A stretch of DNA of 64,000 nucleotides from the NCBI GenBank assembly GCA_965224705.1, contig OZ245056.1, positions 2,592,001 through 2,656,000 of the forward strand, written 5' to 3'. The DNA comes from Spirochaetaceae bacterium (lineage in GTDB: Bacteria > Spirochaetota > Spirochaetia > DSM-2461). A model generated the notes under the pieces. That model was not told where the DNA came from. It saw nothing but the letters and a program-made list of their open reading frames with translations, and did no database searches. Shown here in pieces: positions 58,277 through 64,000 of the stretch. A program made the position numbers and the translations under genes. Position 1 is the first letter of the stretch. Each line of letters begins with the position of its first letter.

Positions 58277-58676
58277 AAAACCCCTTTTCAACTCCAGGTT
58301 CTTATACTTATATGACTGAACAAAAGACGTCTTCTGACGAGTGTTGACGAAAATTTTGCGATAATTGATTAGTTTTTCCAGATACGAGTCTGGCCGAATC
58401 GGCCGCATCTCGGGGATCGCGGTGATTCGGTGCATCAGTCTCTGGAGGGATGAAAAATTTCGCCGACAGAGTCTATAGTAAATGCTTGTATTGTCAGGTA
58501 TTATTTTTTTCTCAGAAAGCATTTCTTTTATTTAACAAGCTTTCCGGCACCGTTTAAGAGCTTCCTGATACAGGAAGTTTAATCAAATATTACTTGATTT
58601 CTCGCACTGAGTTCGTTATACTGATACAAATATCTTAGATTTTGCCATACATGAGTATGAGCAATGGGAGGTTCCA

Positions 58677-59984
58677 ATGGAACAAAAAGCGATAAGAATG
58701 GGTATTTTTGCCGTAATACTTATTGTGGTATTGATGGCGGGCTGCCCAGGTGTTACTGACGACCCTATTACTGATGACGACCCTGTTACTCTTCCAGCAA
58801 ACCTGTCGGACGTACAAAATGCAGCGGCTGATAGTTCAGTGGACTTTCTGTCTACCATTGAGGAATTAATTGGTACAACTGTAACGACGAGTACTTCTGT
58901 TTCCTATGAGTCTGCTACAGGTTCTGTGACAGCAGTAAGAGAAGGAACTACTGCTGTTTCAAGGGTAGCTGTTGATGGTGCTCCAACTGAGGGATACGAA
59001 AAACAATTTGATATCAATTTCCCTCCCGGCGGTACTGGCTCAGAGAAGGAAGTTGAAGGTGACGTTACCATTACCACCTATGCCGGTGGGTCATGGCAAG
59101 TAGATGGGGACGATGTTAAGTTCAAAGTTCAGGATCTTGCTGGTAAAGATGAAATGGTTGGTGTCAAATACAAAAGCACAAAAATGGATCCTGACGGGGA
59201 AATTCAGGATGGCGACATCAGCATTCTGGGTGCACTTAGTACGGATGAGGAAAAACCAATCGGCGTTAAAACTCTCTCCACATTGAAAGGAATAGGAGGA
59301 TTCCTCAAAAAGGTTGACAAAAAACTTGCGGGGTTCACGGATCCCGTTAACAATCCTCCGCTTGTACCGGAATCGGGTACAGCAATGGGATCTCCAACGA
59401 CAACTTACTATGTTGATGGAGAGAAGGCAGCGACAGAACCCCCATCAGCGGAAGGCCTTAATTATGAGGATGATGCGGCAGTCCAGAAGTATACTGAAGC
59501 TGTGGGCACGTACCTCGGTACCTTGATAGCCTTAATGAGCGATAATGTGACTCGAGAAACCATTATGAATACCCCCAGGATGGTCAGTAGTGATGCCCTC
59601 AAAGCCCTGGGTGTTGACGCTTCTATTACTACGAGCAGCACAGATTCAATGAAGATAACAAAACCAGATGCCAACAATCTGCAATATACTCAGACCATGG
59701 TGATTAAACTTACCGGATCAATCAGCCTCACGGAAAACGGCAAAACTCAGACACTTGAATTTGTTGAAATGAACCAGGAATCAGAGTTCTCTCAAACAAT
59801 TAGTTTGACTGGTCAGCCATCGGAAGACGATATACCGGACTTCAAAGCACGCTATACCGGCTCTATAAAATTCAATGACGTAGAATTAAAACTGACCAAT
59901 GGGAAGATGAAGCACTTACTGTCATTTCAAAAGGCGATGGCTCCCGATCAAAGCGATCCCTCGGGCCAGAGCCAGGGCGGATGA
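58677..59984 (+). CDS. Hypothetical T/S/D-rich lipoprotein
   Basis: GGAGG RBS and a signal peptide ending in the lipobox MAGC. Confidence 0.8.
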   Translation: MEQKAIRMGIFAVILIVVLMAGCPGVTDDPITDDDPVTLPANLSDVQNAAADSSVDFLSTIEELIGTTVTTSTSVSYESATGSVTAVREGTTAVSRVAVDGAPTEGYEKQFDINFPPGGTGSEKEVEGDVTITTYAGGSWQVDGDDVKFKVQDLAGKDEMVGVKYKSTKMDPDGEIQDGDISILGALSTDEEKPIGVKTLSTLKGIGGFLKKVDKKLAGFTDPVNNPPLVPESGTAMGSPTTTYYVDGEKAATEPPSAEGLNYEDDAAVQKYTEAVGTYLGTLIALMSDNVTRETIMNTPRMVSSDALKALGVDASITTSSTDSMKITKPDANNLQYTQTMVIKLTGSISLTENGKTQTLEFVEMNQESEFSQTISLTGQPSEDDIPDFKARYTGSIKFNDVELKLTNGKMKHLLSFQKAMAPDQSDPSGQSQGG

Positions 59985-60050
59985 TGTAAAGTTTTTCGTA
60001 CTGGACAGAATTCAGCACACTGCTTCCATAGAGCTGAATTCTTGAGAATC

Positions 60051-60079
60051 AGGCCCTTCCCATGAGGAAGGGCCTTTTT
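60051..60079 (+). terminator. Rho-independent terminator between convergent genes
   Basis: AGGCCCTTCC-CATGA-GGAAGGGCCT followed by TTTT. Confidence 0.85.
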
Positions 60080-60099
60080 ATTGTCTCCTGAAACCAATC

Positions 60100-60828
60100 T
60101 TATTCATTGACAACAGTATTCCTCAGAACTCCAATGCTCTCAATCTCGACTTCAATGCAGTCATCTGGTTTCAGGGGGCCTACCCCTGAGGGTGTTCCTG
60201 TGAAGATCAGGTCACCCTCATCAAGTGTAATATGGCGGCTGATATAGGAGATGATTTCTGGAATGGAAAAAATCATCCTGCTGGTGTGGGATGACTGCAC
60301 AACCCTGCCATTGAGGCGGGTTTCTATTTTGAGATTGTGTGGATCGACATCGGTACTGCCGGGAAGAATTCGCGGCCCAACAGGTCCGAACGTATCAAAA
60401 GACTTCCCCCTGAACCAGCCTGCCCTGTCGGTATTCTGGAAGTTCCTCTGACTGACATCATTCCCGCAGGTATAGCCAAAAACATGCCTGTGCGCATCTT
60501 TTTCAGCAATATGCTTCCCCTGCCGACCGATGATAACCACCAGTTCACCTTCGTAGTCGGTTCGAGCCGGTTCAGTCCAGGAGTAATCGGAAAGGCACAG
60601 GGGAAGAATTATATTCTGATCAGGTCCAATGAGAGTATTGGGAGTTTTATTAAAGAATACAGGTTCATCAGGCGTCTCTCCATCCAGACCCTTTACCTTG
60701 ATGGAAGCACTTTCGGCGATATGGGAACTGTAGTTCAATCCAACAGCAATGATTTTCTTCGGGTGAACATGGTAGTTGCTTCTGCTGCCGATAACGGGAA
60801 GATTTATATTCATGAACTGATTATACAC
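60100..60828 (-). CDS. Fumarylacetoacetate hydrolase family protein
   Basis: Motifs GLNY..H, DYEGEL, NDVSQR, KSFDTF.P.GP and TGTPSGVG. Confidence 0.92.
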   Translation of the reverse strand: MYNQFMNINLPVIGSRSNYHVHPKKIIAVGLNYSSHIAESASIKVKGLDGETPDEPVFFNKTPNTLIGPDQNIILPLCLSDYSWTEPARTDYEGELVVIIGRQGKHIAEKDAHRHVFGYTCGNDVSQRNFQNTDRAGWFRGKSFDTFGPVGPRILPGSTDVDPHNLKIETRLNGRVVQSSHTSRMIFSIPEIISYISRHITLDEGDLIFTGTPSGVGPLKPDDCIEVEIESIGVLRNTVVNE

Positions 60829-60889
60829 GGATCAAATACTAAAGGCGACTGTTAATTTGCCGATTTTTCGAATAGTAGAGGTATAACCG

Positions 60890-63388
60890 ATGAATAGAGT
60901 GGTCTTTCTGATTCTGCTTATCATGGTCTCATCGATACTCTGGGCAAAGGGCGGAGCAGAATCCAATGATCAGGCAAAGACGCCTGCAGAAAAAGAACTA
61001 CAGCTTATTGATTTGATAAACAGTGGTGATGAACGGGCTGTCGAGGATGCATTGAAACTTGAAATGGATCTGGATTACAGAGATGAAGAAGGATTAACCG
61101 CTCTTCATGCTGCATCCAGAATTGGGAATACTCAACTGGTCGAAAAAATGTTGATGCGGGGTGTCTCAATTGATCCTGTGGATAACCGTGGAAAAACACC
61201 ATTGTATTATGCGGTGGAAAACCAGCAGGGCAGTGTAATCGCCATACTGGCTGAAGCTGGAGCGGATATCAGCATTGAAGACGAGAACGGTTTATCGCCT
61301 GCCATACTTGCACTGGAAAAACAATCAGGAATTATTGGTGACCTGCTTACTGAGAAGACGGTTAGCACACGTTTTACAGATGGAAATACTCTTCTTCATC
61401 TGGCTTCAAAGAAAGGATTAACATCTCATGTGGAGGAATTGATCAAATTAAATGCGGAAATGGCGGTGCTGAACGTCTCCGGACAAACTCCCCTTGATTA
61501 TTCTCTAACCGGCAATCTTACCGGAAATATTGCAGCTTGCTCAGCCATGCTCCTGCGCAATGGTTCACCTGAACCAGGTGATGATAACTGGAAGTATATA
61601 ACGGAACCTCTCCGAACCGGTAACTATGAGATCCGATTTGAATCAGGGGCTTCAGCCCAGCATCTGGCCGCCGAGAGAAAACATGACAGTATGCTGAGTT
61701 TCTTTCTCTCCGAAGGCGCCGATGTTGATTCCAGAGACAAGCATGGAAATACTCCCCTGCATCTTGCCATTCATAAGGGCTATAAAACAATTTCATCGCT
61801 GCTCATTGACAGCGGCGCCAATGTCAATGCACGTGACTACAGCGGTAATACTCCCATTCACCAATCGCTTCCAATGCCCAATGGTTCTGAACTAACAGAA
61901 TTACTCATTGAACATGGAGCAAAGATCAACATCAAAAACAATTCAGGTAGAACGCCTCTGCATCTGGCCGTGCTGGTTAATGCAGAACTTGAATTTGCCA
62001 AACTTCTCATAGATAGAGGAGCCATAATCGACATACGCGATGCTCAGGGGAATACACCTCTATTATTGGCGATTGAAAGCAGTAATCGGGAATATTCGGA
62101 GCTGTTCTTATCCAGAAATGCAGAGATATTTTCAAGAAATAACCAGGGATTAACACCAGTACAGGCGGCATTGAGGCAAAACGAAGATGTTCTCTCGTGG
62201 TTCTTTGCTGAAAATAGAGTGACTCATATTGACAATGAGGGGAAGAGTCCTCTTCATTATGCTGTTATGAACGCTGTTCCACTTGAAAATCTTCAAACTC
62301 TACTCAATCTTGGTGCCGATCCAGATTTACAGGATTTCAATGGTGAAACATCCCTCCACTATGCTGTAAAACAGGGATCGCCCGAGTATGTCAAAGCTCT
62401 TCTCTCCTCGGAAGCCGATCTTAATTTAGAGAATAATTCTGGATACTCTCCATTGATACTCAGCTTCAATGCTGGTTGTGATATAACCTTACGAATACTT
62501 GAAGGAAACAACATTGATCTTGTTGATCAAAGAGGGAACACACCTCTTCACCATGCTGTTCAATGGGAAAAACTGGATATAATTGAGGCACTGCTTGAGG
62601 CAGGTGCGAATCCAAATCATCAAAATAAACAGGGAGCAACACCTCTCCACAAAGCAATAACCTCAAAGAGCATTGATATGGCTGTGAAAATTCTGGAATC
62701 CGGATCTTCTCCTGATACAGGTGATATTCTGGGCCGTACAGCCCTTCATGTCGCTGTCGAATGGGAACGGCCCGAAGGTGTCAGACTCCTAACAAAGAAT
62801 GGAGCTGGTTTGAATGAACAGAATCTGGCGGGTCAAACACCACTTCATCTGGCAGTAATACAAAACAATATTGAAATATGTGAATGGCTGGTGAATTGCA
62901 GCGCATCTCCAGATATCATGGATAGTAATGGACAGACCCCTTTATTTATTGCCAGTAAAAATGCACAGACTGAAGTTATAAAACTCCTTGTACGATCCGG
63001 GGCTAATACCTCGGCCAGAGATAATGAAGGCAGGACAGCCCTTCATGTTGCTGTTATGAACAATGAGCACACAAGTGCCATCAATCTCATTGAATCAGGT
63101 GCTGATATCTTTGCAGCGGATTCCAGCGGCCGTACTCCAGTGGATTTACTTCTTGAATCCAGTCTGGAATTTTCCGCTTCTGTTATAAATTCAAAAATTG
63201 TCAATCGACAGGATAATCAGGGAAATACAATTCTGCATCTGGCTGTTATCAAAGGAGTTGAAAAAAGTTACATCGAATTTTTAATTGAGAAGGGTGCCGC
63301 TGAATCTATGCGCAATGCAAGTGGAGAAACACCCCATAGCCTGGCTGTTAAGATTGGAAATGAAGACCTTTCAGATCTTCTGCTATAG
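60890..63388 (+). CDS. Exported ankyrin-repeat protein
   Basis: Signal peptide ends in WAKGGAE. About 20 G.TPLH.A repeats. Confidence 0.92.
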   Translation: MNRVVFLILLIMVSSILWAKGGAESNDQAKTPAEKELQLIDLINSGDERAVEDALKLEMDLDYRDEEGLTALHAASRIGNTQLVEKMLMRGVSIDPVDNRGKTPLYYAVENQQGSVIAILAEAGADISIEDENGLSPAILALEKQSGIIGDLLTEKTVSTRFTDGNTLLHLASKKGLTSHVEELIKLNAEMAVLNVSGQTPLDYSLTGNLTGNIAACSAMLLRNGSPEPGDDNWKYITEPLRTGNYEIRFESGASAQHLAAERKHDSMLSFFLSEGADVDSRDKHGNTPLHLAIHKGYKTISSLLIDSGANVNARDYSGNTPIHQSLPMPNGSELTELLIEHGAKINIKNNSGRTPLHLAVLVNAELEFAKLLIDRGAIIDIRDAQGNTPLLLAIESSNREYSELFLSRNAEIFSRNNQGLTPVQAALRQNEDVLSWFFAENRVTHIDNEGKSPLHYAVMNAVPLENLQTLLNLGADPDLQDFNGETSLHYAVKQGSPEYVKALLSSEADLNLENNSGYSPLILSFNAGCDITLRILEGNNIDLVDQRGNTPLHHAVQWEKLDIIEALLEAGANPNHQNKQGATPLHKAITSKSIDMAVKILESGSSPDTGDILGRTALHVAVEWERPEGVRLLTKNGAGLNEQNLAGQTPLHLAVIQNNIEICEWLVNCSASPDIMDSNGQTPLFIASKNAQTEVIKLLVRSGANTSARDNEGRTALHVAVMNNEHTSAINLIESGADIFAADSSGRTPVDLLLESSLEFSASVINSKIVNRQDNQGNTILHLAVIKGVEKSYIEFLIEKGAAESMRNASGETPHSLAVKIGNEDLSDLLL

Positions 63389-63406
63389 AAGTCTGGTGAT
63401 TCAACG

Positions 63407-64000
63407 TTGGAAAAGTTCATCATAAAAGTAACCTGCCCGGACCAGAAAGGCATAGTGGCTGGAATTACAGGTTTAATGGCCGAGTGCGGGATCAATATTC
63501 TGGATCTCACCCAGCATACAGCTTCCGATATGAATATCTTCATGCTCAAAGCTCTATTTGAAGCTCCTCCTGCATTTGATAGATCGACCTTTAAAAAGGC
63601 GTTTGAACCTGTTGTGGAAAAATTCAACATTACCTGGCATCTTTACAGCATTGCCCAGAAGGAAAGAATTGCAATCATTGTAAGCAAAACCAATCACTGT
63701 CTCTGGGAATTGCTGTTGAAGCATCAGGATGGTGAGCTGGCCTGCGACATCATGGCTGTTATATCCAACCATTCTGTGAATGAACACATTGCTCATCAAT
63801 TTGGTATTCCGTTCTATCAGGTGGAATACGCAGATGGCAGGGAAAAAGCCGAGGCTCACATGATGGATATTCTCAAGGAACATGACATAGATCTTATTGT
63901 ACTGGCCCGATTCATGCAGATTCTTTCGCCTGATTTCATCAAACACTGGAAGAATAAAGTTATCAATATCCATCATGGATTCCTGCCAGCGTTTCAAGGA
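63407..64000 (+). CDS. purU: Formyltetrahydrofolate deformylase (3'-truncated by window)
   Basis: TTG start. Translated directly from the sequence: TCPDQKGIVA ACT domain, VSKTNHCL, ISNH, LARFMQILS and NIHHGFLPAFQG. Confidence 0.92.
   Translation, partial: MEKFIIKVTCPDQKGIVAGITGLMAECGINILDLTQHTASDMNIFMLKALFEAPPAFDRSTFKKAFEPVVEKFNITWHLYSIAQKERIAIIVSKTNHCLWELLLKHQDGELACDIMAVISNHSVNEHIAHQFGIPFYQVEYADGREKAEAHMMDILKEHDIDLIVLARFMQILSPDFIKHWKNKVINIHHGFLPAFQG

Noticed and set aside
63554..63997. 147-aa minus-strand ORF, representative of the many short antisense ORFs in the track
   Set aside because: It is a shadow of purU on the + strand. The other short ORFs similarly overlap well-supported genes.

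Overview
Bacterial chromosomal window, probably from a Spirochaetaceae-type spirochaete. This taxonomy is an inference from the lipobox and FAxGxxE-like signal peptides, the tandem Maf/DUF115 genes and an acidic protein of a type seen in spirochaetes. Most of the window is housekeeping: gpgS, cysK-metY, galE, trxA, ilvC, argF, recC-recB-recD, tRNA-Ser/ffs/dnaX/ybaB/recR, divergent gdhA and gltBD, purU, and tRNA-Ile. The exception is a ~17-kb accessory block at 17.4-34.7 kb. It holds a two-gene module (97-aa unknown protein plus HExxH ImmA/IrrE-like peptidase) bracketed by an exact 34-bp direct repeat. That module is followed by four tandem surface-lipoprotein paralogues with Ig-like stalks of 1, 3, 9 and 0 repeats and DUF285/BspA-like LRR tips. 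The paralogues are mosaics of one another: copy 1 is disrupted, copy 4 has an ambiguous start beside homopolymer runs, and all four share a sigma70 promoter with a palindrome in the spacer. Also present are three size-variant copies of a modular IS5-like MITE and a ~127-nt rod-shaped hairpin that could be an ncRNA. No CRISPR array, integrase, transposase or reverse transcriptase was seen. All calls come from reading motifs by eye; no database searches were run.
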